Source: an uncultured Caldisericota bacterium (GTDB lineage: Bacteria > Caldisericota > Caldisericia > B22-G15). From it: a stretch of 64,000 nt of DNA. Below the pieces are notes generated by a model, which did not search any database, had not been told where the DNA came from, and was given only the letters and a program-made list of their open reading frames with translations. Of the stretch, positions 19,497-31,592 are shown piece after piece (position 1 is the stretch's first letter; each line of letters begins with the position of its first letter). A program made the position numbers and the translations under genes. The DNA lies in assembly GCA_964640995.1 (NCBI GenBank), contig CAZXJJ010000003.1, positions 75,272 through 139,271 of the forward strand. The letters run 5' to 3'.

Positions 19497-21500
19497 TCAT
19501 CTCTCCTTTTTGATTAGTGTTCTTAATTTTTTCTTTAACTCAATAATTTTGTCTCTAATTTTTGCTGCTTCTTCAAATTCGAGTGTTTCTGCTTTAAGAT
19601 ACATCTCTTCTTCTAGTTGAGTAATAAGAGATTCTATATACTCTAAACTCATATATTTTTCACTCTCTTTTACAAAACTCTCAATTTCTTCTTTTTCTTT
19701 ATATGGTAAATCAATTAATTCTTTAACTGCTTTCTTTACAGTTTCAGGTTTAATACCATGCTTTAAGTTATATTCCATCTGAACTTTTCTTCTTCTATTT
19801 GTCTCATCAATTGCTTTTTTCATTGATTCAGTTAATTCATTTGCATACATTATCACTTTACCACTAACATTTCTTGCTGCTCTTCCAATAATTTGGATTA
19901 AAGAAGTGTGTGACCTTAAAAATCCTTCTTTATCAGCATCTAAAATTGCAACAAGAGAAACTTCTGGAAGATCTAACCCCTCTCTTAAAAGATTTATTCC
20001 AACAAGACAATCAAACTCTCCTTTTCTGAGATCCCTAATAATTTCTGCTCTTTTAATTGTATCTATATCAGCATGAAGATATCTAACCCTTATTCCTCTT
20101 TCATAAAGATATATCGCAAGGTCTTCTGCAACTCTTTTTGTTAGAGTTGTAACCAAAACTCTTTCATTTCTTTTAACTCTCTCATTAATTTCTTTTATTA
20201 AATCTTCAATTTGATTTGCACATTTCCTAACTTCAACCTCAGGGTCAATTAAACCTGTAGGTCTTATGAGTTGTTCAACAACCAGATCTGAAATTGAAAG
20301 TTCATAATCTGATGGAGTTGCAGAAACAAAAATAATTTGATTTGCCTTTTCTAAAAACTCTTCATATTTTAGAGGTCTATTATCAAGACAAGAGGGTAAT
20401 CTAAATCCATACTCAACAAGTGTTTCTTTTCTTGATCTGTCTCCATTGTACATTCCTCTTAATTGAGGGACTGCAATGTGTGACTCATCAATAAAGATTA
20501 AAAAGTCAGATGGAAAATAATCAATTATTGTATATGGAGGTTCACCTGGTTTTCTTCCTGAAAGATGCCTTGTGTAATTTTCTATTCCTTTAACATAGCC
20601 TGTTTCAAGTAGCATCTCAATATCAAAATTTGTTCTTTGAGTTAATCTTTCTGCTTCAAGATATTTGCCTTGTGATAAGAAATATTCAACTCTTTCTTTC
20701 AACTCCTTTTTAATACTCTCAACTGCTTTTAAAATTCTCTCTTCTGTTGTTAAAAATTGTTTTGCTGGAAAGAAAATAAAACTTGGAAGTTCCTCAATTT
20801 TTGTAGAAAGAAGTGGATCAATAAGGTAAATTTTATCGATAGTGTCTCCAAAAAATTCTATTCTTACTGCATAATCTGTATCTATTGGATATATGTCAAG
20901 AATATCTCCTCTTGCCCTAATTTTCCCTCTTGAAAAATCTATGTCATTTCTTTCATATTGAAGCATAACTAAATTTTTAATAAGTTCTTTCCTTGAAATA
21001 TTATCTCCAACCTTAACTTCAATTAAACCTTTCAGAAATTCTGTTGGGTCATCCCATCCATATATGCATGAAACAGAAGAAACAACAATTGTATCTCTTC
21101 TTTCCATTAAACTTCTTAAAGTTTTGTGTCTCAATTTTACAAGGTCTTCATTTATATCAGCATCTTTTTCAATATAAAGGTCGCTTTGAGGAACATATGC
21201 TTCCGGCTGATAGTAATCATAATAACTTACAAAATATTCAACTCTATTATGAGGAAAAAGGTCTCTAAATTCAGAATAAAGTTGTGCTGCAAGGGTTTTA
21301 TTATGACAAATAATTAGAGTTGGTTTGTTAACCTGTGCTATAACATTTGCCATTGTATATGTTTTTCCAGAACCTGTGACTCCAATAAGGGTTTGAAACC
21401 TGAAACCTTTCTTTACTCCTTCAACTAACTTTTCTATTGCCTGAGGTTGGTCACCTTTCGGTTTATATTGAGAAATAAGTTTAAAGTTATCTTCACTCAT
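19497..21500 (-). CDS. uvrB: Excinuclease ABC subunit B
   Basis: [51 protein letters not shown]; C-terminal UVR domain. Confidence 0.99.
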   Translation of the reverse strand: MSEDNFKLISQYKPKGDQPQAIEKLVEGVKKGFRFQTLIGVTGSGKTYTMANVIAQVNKPTLIICHNKTLAAQLYSEFRDLFPHNRVEYFVSYYDYYQPEAYVPQSDLYIEKDADINEDLVKLRHKTLRSLMERRDTIVVSSVSCIYGWDDPTEFLKGLIEVKVGDNISRKELIKNLVMLQYERNDIDFSRGKIRARGDILDIYPIDTDYAVRIEFFGDTIDKIYLIDPLLSTKIEELPSFIFFPAKQFLTTEERILKAVESIKKELKERVEYFLSQGKYLEAERLTQRTNFDIEMLLETGYVKGIENYTRHLSGRKPGEPPYTIIDYFPSDFLIFIDESHIAVPQLRGMYNGDRSRKETLVEYGFRLPSCLDNRPLKYEEFLEKANQIIFVSATPSDYELSISDLVVEQLIRPTGLIDPEVEVRKCANQIEDLIKEINERVKRNERVLVTTLTKRVAEDLAIYLYERGIRVRYLHADIDTIKRAEIIRDLRKGEFDCLVGINLLREGLDLPEVSLVAILDADKEGFLRSHTSLIQIIGRAARNVSGKVIMYANELTESMKKAIDETNRRRKVQMEYNLKHGIKPETVKKAVKELIDLPYKEKEEIESFVKESEKYMSLEYIESLITQLEEEMYLKAETLEFEEAAKIRDKIIELKKKLRTLIKKER

Positions 21501-21603
21501 AAATGCAAATATAATTTTAAATGAATTTTTAAAAAACTCAAGGTGGATTTTTTGTTAAAAATTAACAAAAAGTGAATCTATCTATGTGATATAATTTAAA
21601 ATT

Positions 21604-22959
21604 ATGAAAATCGATACTCTTGTTGTTGAAATTGGTTCTACTATAACAAAAGTAAATGCTTTCGATAAGATAAAATCGAAAAATCCAATTTACCTTGGAA
21701 AGGGAATATCATATACAACTGTCAATGAGGGAGATATAACAATTGGATTAAATAGATCAATTGAAGATTTAAAAAACAAATTAAAAGTAGATAAAATCAC
21801 TTGGTCTCATATGTATGGAAATTCATCTGCAGCAGGTGGACTTAAAATGACTGTTCATGGTCTTGTTCCTGAAATGACAGCAAAAGCAGCAAAGGAAGCA
21901 GCTCTAGGTGCTGGTGCAATTACAAAAATGGTTACAGCAGGTCTTTTATCTCAATATGATTTAAAAAAAATAGAAGAGATTAATCCAAATATAATACTTC
22001 TATCGGGTGGAGTTGATTATGGAGAAAAAGATATTGTTCTTGAAAATGCTAAAAGATTATCAACTTTGAATGTTAAACCCCCAATTATTTATGCTGGAAA
22101 TATAGCGATACAGGAAGAGGCTAAAAAAATTTTTGAAGAGAAAAATTTTAAAGTTTATATAACTGAAAATGTATATCCTGAGATTGATAAGTTGAATATT
22201 GAACCTGTAAGAAGAGTTATTCAAAAAGTTTTTGAAGAGCACATTATTCATGCTCCTGGAATGGAAAAAATAAGAGATTACATTGAAGGAGAAATCATTC
22301 CAACACCTGGTGCAGTTATGAACTCTTTCACTCTTTTATATGAAGAGATAGGAGATGTTATGGGTTTTGATATAGGTGGTGCTACAACTGATGTTCATTC
22401 AGTAACAGAAGGAAAGGTTGAAAAAGATTCAATAGTTATTTATCCAGAACCACTAAACAAAAGAACAGTTGAAGGTGATCTTGGTGTGTATGTCTCAAGT
22501 CAAAATGTACTAAATCTATTTTCAGATTTGGAAAAAGAAAAATTAAGTGAATATATGAAATATTTAAAACCAATACCAAAAACAAAAAATGAAATTTTGA
22601 TAACAAAAAAATTGGGTGAAATGTGCCTTAAAACCTCTCTTTTAAGACATGTTGGTGAGATAAGGTTTTTATATACTCCATCTGGAAAACTTAAAGCAAT
22701 TTATGGAAAAGATTTGAGAAATGTAAAATATGTTATTGGAACTGGTGGAGTTTTAACACAAATTCCATCAATGAAAAAAATGATGGAAGAAATCTTTAAA
22801 GGAATCATTGATGAAAGAATACTTCTTCCTAAAAATCCAAAAATATTAATAGATAAGAACTATATTTTTTCAAGCATAGGCACAATATCAAAAATATATA
22901 AAGAAGCATCAATAAAACTTCTTATAGAATCAATTGGATTAAAAGACAAAATGTTTTAA
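21604..22959 (+). CDS. GlmL/MutL-related reactivase-like protein (B12 aminomutase-associated family)
   Basis: VEIGSTITKV, SSAAGGLKM, LSGGVDYGE, PTPGAVM, DIGGATTDVHSV, RTVEGDLG motifs. Confidence 0.88.
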   Translation: MKIDTLVVEIGSTITKVNAFDKIKSKNPIYLGKGISYTTVNEGDITIGLNRSIEDLKNKLKVDKITWSHMYGNSSAAGGLKMTVHGLVPEMTAKAAKEAALGAGAITKMVTAGLLSQYDLKKIEEINPNIILLSGGVDYGEKDIVLENAKRLSTLNVKPPIIYAGNIAIQEEAKKIFEEKNFKVYITENVYPEIDKLNIEPVRRVIQKVFEEHIIHAPGMEKIRDYIEGEIIPTPGAVMNSFTLLYEEIGDVMGFDIGGATTDVHSVTEGKVEKDSIVIYPEPLNKRTVEGDLGVYVSSQNVLNLFSDLEKEKLSEYMKYLKPIPKTKNEILITKKLGEMCLKTSLLRHVGEIRFLYTPSGKLKAIYGKDLRNVKYVIGTGGVLTQIPSMKKMMEEIFKGIIDERILLPKNPKILIDKNYIFSSIGTISKIYKEASIKLLIESIGLKDKMF

Positions 22960-22972
22960 AAAACTTTATATC

Positions 22973-23000
22973 TTGACAAAATTAAACTTTATTTTATAAT
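22973..23000 (+). promoter_or_regulatory. Consensus sigma70 promoter of the tetR-SDR operon
   Basis: TTGACA 22973-22978, 16-nt spacer, TATAAT 22995-23000. Confidence 0.85.
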
Positions 23001-23023
23001 TATACCAACTAGTCGGTATAATT
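22998..23023. promoter_or_regulatory. Probable TetR operator (26-bp palindrome)
   Basis: AATTATACC-A-ACTAGT-C-GGTATAATT, one mismatched pair; overlaps the -10 box and expected start site. Confidence 0.8.
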
Positions 23024-23037
23024 TATAGGAGATTACT

Positions 23038-23637
23038 ATGGTTGGGAAAAAATCAAAAGGAGAGAGAACAAAAAGAAAAATTCTTGATGCAGCAACTCTT
23101 CTTTTCAACGAAAATGGATACCATAAAACAAGTATTCAAGATATATGCGAGAAAGCAGGTGTTAGTAAAGGAGCATTTTTTCATCATTTTCCTACTAAAG
23201 AATTGTTGTTCCTCGAAATTTTAAATGAATTCCTAGAAAAATTAGATATAAGAATTAAGGAAATTGAAAAAAAATCAAAAAATGTTCTTCAAGCAATGAT
23301 TGATATGACTAAGATACTTGAAGAAATTTTTATAATTTCTGAAAATAAATTGACAATATTTCTTGAATTTGTTAAACAAGCTGAAAAAAATGATGATATT
23401 ATGAAAAGCCTTTCTAAACAATTTGAAAAATTTGAAAAATACATAGAAAATTTGATTGAAAATGGTAAAAGGGAAGGAAGTATAAAAAAAGAAATTAACT
23501 CAAAATTTTTCTCCTCTTTAATTGTTTCTCTTTCAATTGGAATGATTTTAAGAAAATCTCTTTTTAAATATGATAAAAAGGCCTTATCAAAAGAGTTGTT
23601 TAATTTTATTTTTAATTCTATAACAAGGAGGAATTAA
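23038..23637 (+). CDS. TetR/AcrR family transcriptional regulator
   Basis: ILDAATLLFNENGYHKTSIQDICEKAGVSKGAFFHHFPTKE helix-turn-helix. Confidence 0.95.
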   Translation: MVGKKSKGERTKRKILDAATLLFNENGYHKTSIQDICEKAGVSKGAFFHHFPTKELLFLEILNEFLEKLDIRIKEIEKKSKNVLQAMIDMTKILEEIFIISENKLTIFLEFVKQAEKNDDIMKSLSKQFEKFEKYIENLIENGKREGSIKKEINSKFFSSLIVSLSIGMILRKSLFKYDKKALSKELFNFIFNSITRRN

Positions 23638-23638
23638 T

Positions 23639-24625
23639 ATGAAGGTTCTTGTAACTGGTGGATTTGGTAATATAGGAAAGTATGTTGTAGAAGAATTAAT
23701 AAAAAGAGACATTAATCTAAGAATTTTTGATTTAAAAACAAAGAAAAATATAAAATTATCAAAGAAATTAAAGGGTGCAGAATTTTATTGGGGAGATATT
23801 ACAAATAAAAGTGATGTTCTTAATGCTCTGAAAGGTGTTGACTTAGTTGTTCATCTCGCATTTATAATTCCAAAAATTTCATCAACAAATGTTAATATTG
23901 TTAAACAACCAAAAATTGCAGAGAGGATAAACATAGAAGGGACTAAAAACTTGATAGAAAGTATGAAAGAAAATAAATCTCCCAATAAAATAATATTTAC
24001 ATCCTCTGTACATGTTTACGGAATAACACAACATCTTAAACCACCAAGAAGAGTTAATGAGGAACTAAATCCAAATGACTTATATTCATATCATAAAGTT
24101 TTATGTGAAAAATTAATAAAAGAATCTGGTTTAAACTATATTATTATGAGATTAGGAGCATCGATTACAACAGATCTTAAAATTATTAATTTTATAAGAG
24201 ACCTATTTGAAATACCTCTTGATAATAGAATTGAGTATATACATCCAAAAGACATAGCAATTGCAATTACAAATGCAATTGAAAAAGATAATTTCTGGAA
24301 TAAAACATTTAATATTGGTGGTGGAAAAAGATGTCAATATCTTTATAAAGATTTTGTTGCAAAAATACTTGAAGGAATTGGAATTGGTATGCTTCCAGAC
24401 TATCTTTTTAGTAAAAATTATTTTGCTGTTGACTTTCTTGATACAGATGAAAGTGAAGCACTTCTAAATTATCAAAATAGAGATTTAAATGATTATATAA
24501 CTGATTTAAAGAAAAAATTGGGTTTTAAAAGATATCTAATAAAACTTTTTAAACCTTTTATAAGATATTATATTATTTCAAAGTCCCCAAATTTTGTTCC
24601 AAAATGGTCCTTTAAGAGTTTTTAA
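23639..24625 (+). CDS. NAD-dependent epimerase/dehydratase (extended SDR)
   Basis: TGGFGNIG Rossmann motif, HLA, FTSS and YxxxK (YSYHK). Confidence 0.9.
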   Translation: MKVLVTGGFGNIGKYVVEELIKRDINLRIFDLKTKKNIKLSKKLKGAEFYWGDITNKSDVLNALKGVDLVVHLAFIIPKISSTNVNIVKQPKIAERINIEGTKNLIESMKENKSPNKIIFTSSVHVYGITQHLKPPRRVNEELNPNDLYSYHKVLCEKLIKESGLNYIIMRLGASITTDLKIINFIRDLFEIPLDNRIEYIHPKDIAIAITNAIEKDNFWNKTFNIGGGKRCQYLYKDFVAKILEGIGIGMLPDYLFSKNYFAVDFLDTDESEALLNYQNRDLNDYITDLKKKLGFKRYLIKLFKPFIRYYIISKSPNFVPKWSFKSF

Positions 24626-25376
24626 CCTTTATTATTTCTGCTAAAATACTTATTGCTATTTCTTCAGGAGTGATGGCATTAATTTCTAAGCCAATTGGAG
24701 AATGAATTTTATTTATTCTCTCTTCTGAAAAACCTTCGCTTTTTAATTTTTCTCTAAACTCTTTCGCTTTGTTTTTACTTGCAATAAGACCTAAATAAAA
24801 TGGCTCTTTCTCTTTCTTTAAAATTTCTTTGACAACACCAAAATCTATTGCATGTGCTCTTGAAACAATAACTATGAAATCTCTCTCTTTTATCTCCATT
24901 TTACTTGCAAATTCGATCATATTTTCTTTTAATACTTTTGCATTTGGAAATCTCTCCTCTTTTGTGTATTCTTCTCTGTCATCAACAACAATTATTTTAA
25001 AAGGAAAGTTTACTAAAAATTTGTAAAGTGAATAACCAACATGACCTGCACCAAAAATATAAACTCTATCTTTTACACCAATTACATCAACAAATGCTGT
25101 GACACTCCCTCCACAAATCATCCCTAGTTCTTTAAGTTCTCTTCTAATAACTCTTGGTTTTTCGTCTTCAATTGCTTTTATCGCTTCTTTTGTTAAAAAA
25201 TATTCAAGAGTTCCTCCGCCTACTGTTCCTATGGTCTCACCATCTTTTGTAACAAGCATCTTAAAACCAGGTTTTCCTGGAGATGAACCTTCTGCTACAA
25301 CTATTGTAACTATTGAAAAAATTTCACCTGAATCCAAAAGTTCTTTACTTTTTTTAAAAATTTCATTATCAAGCAT
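24612..25376 (-). CDS. xdhC: XdhC/CoxI family molybdenum-hydroxylase maturation factor
   Basis: GSSPGKPG, GTVGGGTLE, MICGG, FGAGHVG, VDDR, HSPIGLEINAITPEEIAISILAEI. Confidence 0.92.
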   Translation of the reverse strand: MLDNEIFKKSKELLDSGEIFSIVTIVVAEGSSPGKPGFKMLVTKDGETIGTVGGGTLEYFLTKEAIKAIEDEKPRVIRRELKELGMICGGSVTAFVDVIGVKDRVYIFGAGHVGYSLYKFLVNFPFKIIVVDDREEYTKEERFPNAKVLKENMIEFASKMEIKERDFIVIVSRAHAIDFGVVKEILKKEKEPFYLGLIASKNKAKEFREKLKSEGFSEERINKIHSPIGLEINAITPEEIAISILAEIIKVKNS

Positions 25377-25983
25377 TATGTTCCTCCTTTTCTCTTAAAT
25401 AAACTTCATAATTATCAATATCTTTAACTGTATCTGGGTCTCCTGTTTCTAAATCAAGAACAAGTTTTTTATTTCTTGCACAGTAAATTATGTTTCTTAA
25501 ACCTTCTGTCTCAGGTTCTAAAGATAAAATTTCATCTTTAAATTTCATTGAAATAAAAGTTGGGTGGCCTCTTTCGCCCTTGTAGCATGAAACAATTATT
25601 GGATATTCACCCTTTTTTGCTTCATTTATGAGAATTTTTACAGTTTCTATGTTTAAAAAAGGTTGGTCTCCTAAAAAAACAACAAAACCATCAAAATTAG
25701 ATTCTACCCTTTTTAAAACTTCTTGAATTGATGTTAACATTCCCCTTTTATAATTTTCATTTATTATAATTTCAAATTTTTCTGTTAAAAGGTCTTTAAT
25801 TGAATTATAAATTTTATCCTTTTCATATCCTAAAACTATAAAAATTTTATCCAACTCACTATCCTTTAAGGTCTCTATTATTGAACCAAGAATTGTTGAA
25901 TTTTTCCATGGAAGAAGTTGTTTTATCCTTCCTTCCATTCTTCTCCCCTCACCTGCAGAGATAATAATTCCAAAAATTTTCAT
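25369..25983 (-). CDS. mocA: Molybdenum cofactor cytidylyltransferase-like NTP transferase
   Basis: SAGEGRRM..KQLLPW, GMLTSI, LGDQP, RGHP, DIDN; adjacent to xdhC. Confidence 0.85.
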   Translation of the reverse strand: MKIFGIIISAGEGRRMEGRIKQLLPWKNSTILGSIIETLKDSELDKIFIVLGYEKDKIYNSIKDLLTEKFEIIINENYKRGMLTSIQEVLKRVESNFDGFVVFLGDQPFLNIETVKILINEAKKGEYPIIVSCYKGERGHPTFISMKFKDEILSLEPETEGLRNIIYCARNKKLVLDLETGDPDTVKDIDNYEVYLREKEEHNA

Positions 25984-26612
25984 TATGAATATACCTCCTT
26001 TAATATATTATTCATTAAATCTTTAAATCTCTCAACAGGTAGAATAATAATTTTTTTGTTTTTTCTCTTTAGAAGAGTTAACTCATCATCTTTTAAAATA
26101 TTTCCAAAATCCTTTAAATATTTTTTTATTTTTTCTTTTAAACTCTCTTCAAACAAAATCAATATAAAATCGCTTTTTAATATTAACTCCTCAATCGATG
26201 ATAAAATTTCAGATTCTTCAGAGATTGTTAAATTTATTTCATCTACAACCATTTTGTATTCTTTGAATATCTCAAAAAAATCAAAAGGCAAATTTTTATA
26301 AAAATCTATTTCTTCACATATTAAAATGATTGATAGAGTGGATTCCTTTATTTCAACCAATTTTATAAAATCTGTATTTAAAAGCATATTTATAATTTTC
26401 AACTTTAAAAGTTTATCTTCCCTATCTAATTCTATCTCTAAAAATTTTTCATTTTTTCCTAAAAAGTTCTCTTTAAGAATTTTTAATTTCACCTTATTAT
26501 TTAATTGTTCTTTAAAATATTTCGAATCCATTATTAAAAAACCATCTATTTTAGATATCAACTCAATTTTTTTATTTGAAACTTTTATTTTAAAATTTTC
26601 ATAATTTAACAT
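25983..26612 (-). CDS. Hypothetical protein
   Basis: 209-aa ORF overlapping both neighbours within an operon; no family recognised. Confidence 0.65.
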   Translation of the reverse strand: MLNYENFKIKVSNKKIELISKIDGFLIMDSKYFKEQLNNKVKLKILKENFLGKNEKFLEIELDREDKLLKLKIINMLLNTDFIKLVEIKESTLSIILICEEIDFYKNLPFDFFEIFKEYKMVVDEINLTISEESEILSSIEELILKSDFILILFEESLKEKIKKYLKDFGNILKDDELTLLKRKNKKIIILPVERFKDLMNNILKEVYS

Positions 26613-27501
26613 TAAGGCCTGTAAAAACTTTTATCTTTTTGTTATCAATTTCAAAAGTTTTAGGTAATCCTCCAAAAAGGTCTCCATCTGCTTGTGTTTT
26701 AATGAAAGAGTCTCCTTGAACTTCGATTTTTTTACATTTTAAACTTTCAATCCCACTTATTTTTATATGCCCTCCACCAGTATAAACTTTTGGAAAATGA
26801 TACAAAAATCTTAATTTTGGCATTTTATGAAAAATAATTACATCTAAAAATCCATCTTTAATATCTGACAGAGGAGATATTTGCATTCCGCCTCCACCAT
26901 ATTTTCCATTAGCAATTGTTATTAAATATGCTTTAACTTTTCTAATTTTCCCATCAATTTTAAATACAAATTCAGGAATTTTCCAATAACACAAAACATA
27001 AAAAAGACCAAGAAGGTAAGAGAGAATTCCTAACCCTCTAAATTTCTTATTTGCAACAAAGGTAACTTCTGCATCAAGGCCAATGCCAGCAAAATTTAAA
27101 AATCTAGTGTTGTCAAGTTTTGGATGGTCTATTTCAACAATATTCCCATCTTTTAATATTAATTGAAGTGCTTTAATAGGGTCTTTTGGAATATTTAAAC
27201 TTCTTGGAAGGTCTCTTCCTCTTCCTGCTGGTATTATTCCTAAAACACTTTCATTATTTTCAATTCCCTGAGCAATTTCTCTTGTTGTTCCATCTCCTCC
27301 AACTGAAATTATATATTTAAAACCTTTTTTAATGGCCTCTTTTACAATCTCTGTAGCATGTCCTGGATATTCAGTTATCATATAATCAAATTTAATTTTT
27401 AAATTTTCAAGAACTTCTTTTATCTTATTCCAAACTTTAAGCGCTTTACCAACACCTGCAACAGGATTAATGATAAAAAAATAATTTTCATTCTCTCTCA
27501 T
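26599..27501 (-). CDS. Diacylglycerol kinase family lipid kinase (YegS/DagK/BmrU)
   Basis: IINPVAG, TEYPGHA, VGGDGT, IPAGRGRD, ANGKYGGG, DGD motifs; start moved to the ATG at 27501 (SD GGAGGTG). Confidence 0.92.
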   Translation of the reverse strand: MRENENYFFIINPVAGVGKALKVWNKIKEVLENLKIKFDYMITEYPGHATEIVKEAIKKGFKYIISVGGDGTTREIAQGIENNESVLGIIPAGRGRDLPRSLNIPKDPIKALQLILKDGNIVEIDHPKLDNTRFLNFAGIGLDAEVTFVANKKFRGLGILSYLLGLFYVLCYWKIPEFVFKIDGKIRKVKAYLITIANGKYGGGGMQISPLSDIKDGFLDVIIFHKMPKLRFLYHFPKVYTGGGHIKISGIESLKCKKIEVQGDSFIKTQADGDLFGGLPKTFEIDNKKIKVFTGLNVKL

Positions 27502-28975
27502 AAACTTTTTCACCTCCAATAAAAACCATTTTAACTTTTGCATCCAATTTCATTGGATCATCTTCAAAAACTACAAAATCAGCAAATTTCCCCTCTTTTA
27601 AACTTCCAATTTTGTTATCCTCATTAACGCTTTTTGCTGGATTTATTGTATATGCTTTAAAAGATGATAAGAGATCTATCCTCTCCTCTCTATAAAACTC
27701 TTTTTCATTAACTACTCTTTCAACTGAAACTTTTATTCCTCTTAAAGGATCGATATCTTCAATAGGCGCATCTGTTCCAAAACAGATAATTTGATTTAAA
27801 TCTAAAAATGTTCTAAAAGGATATGTATATCTTCCTCTATCTCCTAAAAATTTTTCAATTTTATCAATATCAAGAATTATATGTGATGGTTGAACAGATA
27901 GAAAGAATACTCCCTTTTTAAGATTTTCTAAAAAATCTTTTGATACAATTTGAGCATGTTCTATTCTATTAAATTTATTATTTCCAACCTCAAAAAAAGA
28001 TTTCAAAACGAGTTCATTTGCCAAATCTCCAATTGCATGAACCCAAACATAAAAACCTTTTTCATTTATTTCTTTAACCAATTCTTTTAGTTCATCATAA
28101 TCATAATAAGATAATCCTTTGTTTTGAGGCTCATCCGTGAAACCATCTTTCATAAAACAAGTTTTTGATCCAAGAGAGCCGTCCATAAAAATTTTCACTC
28201 CACCAATTTTTACAAACTCATCCCCAAAGAAACTTTTAACTCCTATTTTTGAAAAATCTTCAAACCTATTTACTGGAATTGCATTAAAAATTCTTAATTT
28301 AAAATTTTTATTTATTAGATAATCTAAAATATCTCCATCCATATTACATATAGCTGTAATTCCGAAATTGTGAAGTTTTTCAATTCCCTTCTCAATATAT
28401 TTTATATAATCAAACTCATTTTTAAATTTTTCAAGAACAAAATCACCTGCTCTATCCCTTAAAACTCCAGTTGGTTCACCATTTTCATCAATCTCAACCT
28501 TTCCACCTTTAAATTCTGTATCGCTTTTTATATTTAAAATATTTAATACTTTTGAGTTTACCCAAACAGAATGACCATCTCTTCTTTTTAAAATGACTAT
28601 CTTATCTTTAAATATCACATCAAGAAACTTTTTATGTGGCTTGACACTCCATTTTTCATCATCCCAACCAAAACCGAAAAGAGTGTTTTCTTTTTTATCG
28701 CTTTCTTTAAGAGTTTTTAAAACTAAATCAAAGTTATTTAGATTGGAAAGGTTTATCTCATAAAGAGACTTTGAATATAAACCAAGGTGAAGATGAGAAT
28801 CAAAAAATCCTGGAAAAACAAAATCACCTTTAAGGTCTATTTTTTCTTTTTTGAAAGGTGTAATTAAATCTTCTTCATCGCCTAAATATAAAATTTTATC
28901 TTGATTAACCACAAGGCACCTTTTTAAATTAAAATTTTCATCATAAATTCTTCCATTATAAAAAACTTTTATCAT
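27488..28975 (-). CDS. YtcJ-like amidohydrolase (amidohydrolase 3 family)
   Basis: PGFFDSHLH, RRDGHSVWVNS, KIFMDGSLGS, VHAIGD, RIEHAQ, GTDAP, KFADFVV. Confidence 0.92.
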   Translation of the reverse strand: MIKVFYNGRIYDENFNLKRCLVVNQDKILYLGDEEDLITPFKKEKIDLKGDFVFPGFFDSHLHLGLYSKSLYEINLSNLNNFDLVLKTLKESDKKENTLFGFGWDDEKWSVKPHKKFLDVIFKDKIVILKRRDGHSVWVNSKVLNILNIKSDTEFKGGKVEIDENGEPTGVLRDRAGDFVLEKFKNEFDYIKYIEKGIEKLHNFGITAICNMDGDILDYLINKNFKLRIFNAIPVNRFEDFSKIGVKSFFGDEFVKIGGVKIFMDGSLGSKTCFMKDGFTDEPQNKGLSYYDYDELKELVKEINEKGFYVWVHAIGDLANELVLKSFFEVGNNKFNRIEHAQIVSKDFLENLKKGVFFLSVQPSHIILDIDKIEKFLGDRGRYTYPFRTFLDLNQIICFGTDAPIEDIDPLRGIKVSVERVVNEKEFYREERIDLLSSFKAYTINPAKSVNEDNKIGSLKEGKFADFVVFEDDPMKLDAKVKMVFIGGEKVYERE

Positions 28976-28984
28976 CTCTAAAAT

Positions 28985-29539
28985 TTAAAAAAGATAAACT
29001 ATTAAAATTATAAAATAAATGAGTATTGTAATTAGAAAACTTCTTTTAAATGATAAATTATATAAATACCTTATACCTAAAAAAGTGTAAAGAAAAAGTA
29101 TAATCCTTGGAGGATAATAAAAGAAAAAGAGCGCTTTTTTTAAAAGTTCATTGCTTGCATAAGAAAAAAGATAAATTAGTCCATACATAAATTTGCTGAG
29201 TGTTGGATAAAAAAATAAAACCATAAAAAAGAAAATAACAAAAGAAGGAACAAAAATAAGTAATGTTTCGCTAATTACAAGAATAAATTTTCTATCAATT
29301 CCAAAAATTTTTATAAAAACTTTTATGAATAAAGATATGAAAATTATAAACACAATATTAAATAAAAGTTGAATAGTAGCACCATAAAAAAGTTTCTTAT
29401 CTCCAAAAAATCTATTTAAATAATAAATTAAAATTAGAAAAAGAATCGAATAGAATGGTATGAGTTTATATAATAAATTTTTATTTTTTATCCCCTCAAA
29501 GCACTTTTTAGGATTTAAAAGAACTAAAATAATTTCCAT
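28985..29539 (-). CDS. Multi-pass membrane protein, YIP1-like
   Basis: About five hydrophobic segments; LLNPKKCF N-terminus. Start uncertain (29539 or 29566). Confidence 0.55.
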   Translation of the reverse strand: MEIILVLLNPKKCFEGIKNKNLLYKLIPFYSILFLILIYYLNRFFGDKKLFYGATIQLLFNIVFIIFISLFIKVFIKIFGIDRKFILVISETLLIFVPSFVIFFFMVLFFYPTLSKFMYGLIYLFSYASNELLKKALFFFYYPPRIILFLYTFLGIRYLYNLSFKRSFLITILIYFIILIVYLF

Positions 29540-29565
29540 AAAAAATTTATAACATAAAATTAACA

Positions 29566-29600
29566 AAAATAAAAAGGGCTCTGGTTAATTCAGAGCCCTT
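29566..29600 (-). terminator. Intrinsic terminator of groESL
   Basis: 10-bp stem AAGGGCTCTG / CAGAGCCCTT with a 7-nt loop, followed by a U-tract on the - strand. Confidence 0.88.
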
Positions 29601-29626
29601 AAAGATTGTAAAATTCTAACTTTTTA

Positions 29627-31243
<1,617 letters not shown>

Positions 31244-31250
31244 TCACCTC

Positions 31251-31538
31251 CTACTCGATTATTGCTAAAATATCCCTATCAGATAAAATCAAATATTCCT
31301 TATCCTCAATTTTTACTTCAGTTCCAGCATATTTTGAATAGATTACAGTATCCCCCACTTTAACTTCCATTTGGCTTCTTTGCCCATTATCAAGAACTTT
31401 TCCAGGTCCGACTGCAATAACTTTGCCTTTTTGTGGTTTTTCTTTTGCAGTATCTGGTAAAACAATTCCTGATTTTGTTTTTTCTTCTTCTTTTTCAGGT
31501 TCAACAATTATCTTGTCACCAATTGGTTTTAACTTCAT
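31251..31538 (-). CDS. groES: Co-chaperonin GroES
   Basis: [32 protein letters not shown]. Confidence 0.99.
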   Translation of the reverse strand: MKLKPIGDKIIVEPEKEEEKTKSGIVLPDTAKEKPQKGKVIAVGPGKVLDNGQRSQMEVKVGDTVIYSKYAGTEVKIEDKEYLILSDRDILAIIE

Positions 31539-31553
31539 ATGCTCACCTCCTTA

Positions 31554-31580
31554 TTAGCACTTTGATATATAGAGTGCTAA
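31554..31580. promoter_or_regulatory. CIRCE element (HrcA operator)
   Basis: TTAGCACTT-N9-GAGTGCTAA, one mismatch from the consensus TTAGCACTC-N9-GAGTGCTAA; lies between the promoter and the groES SD. Confidence 0.95.
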
Positions 31581-31592
31581 ATCTAATATAAA

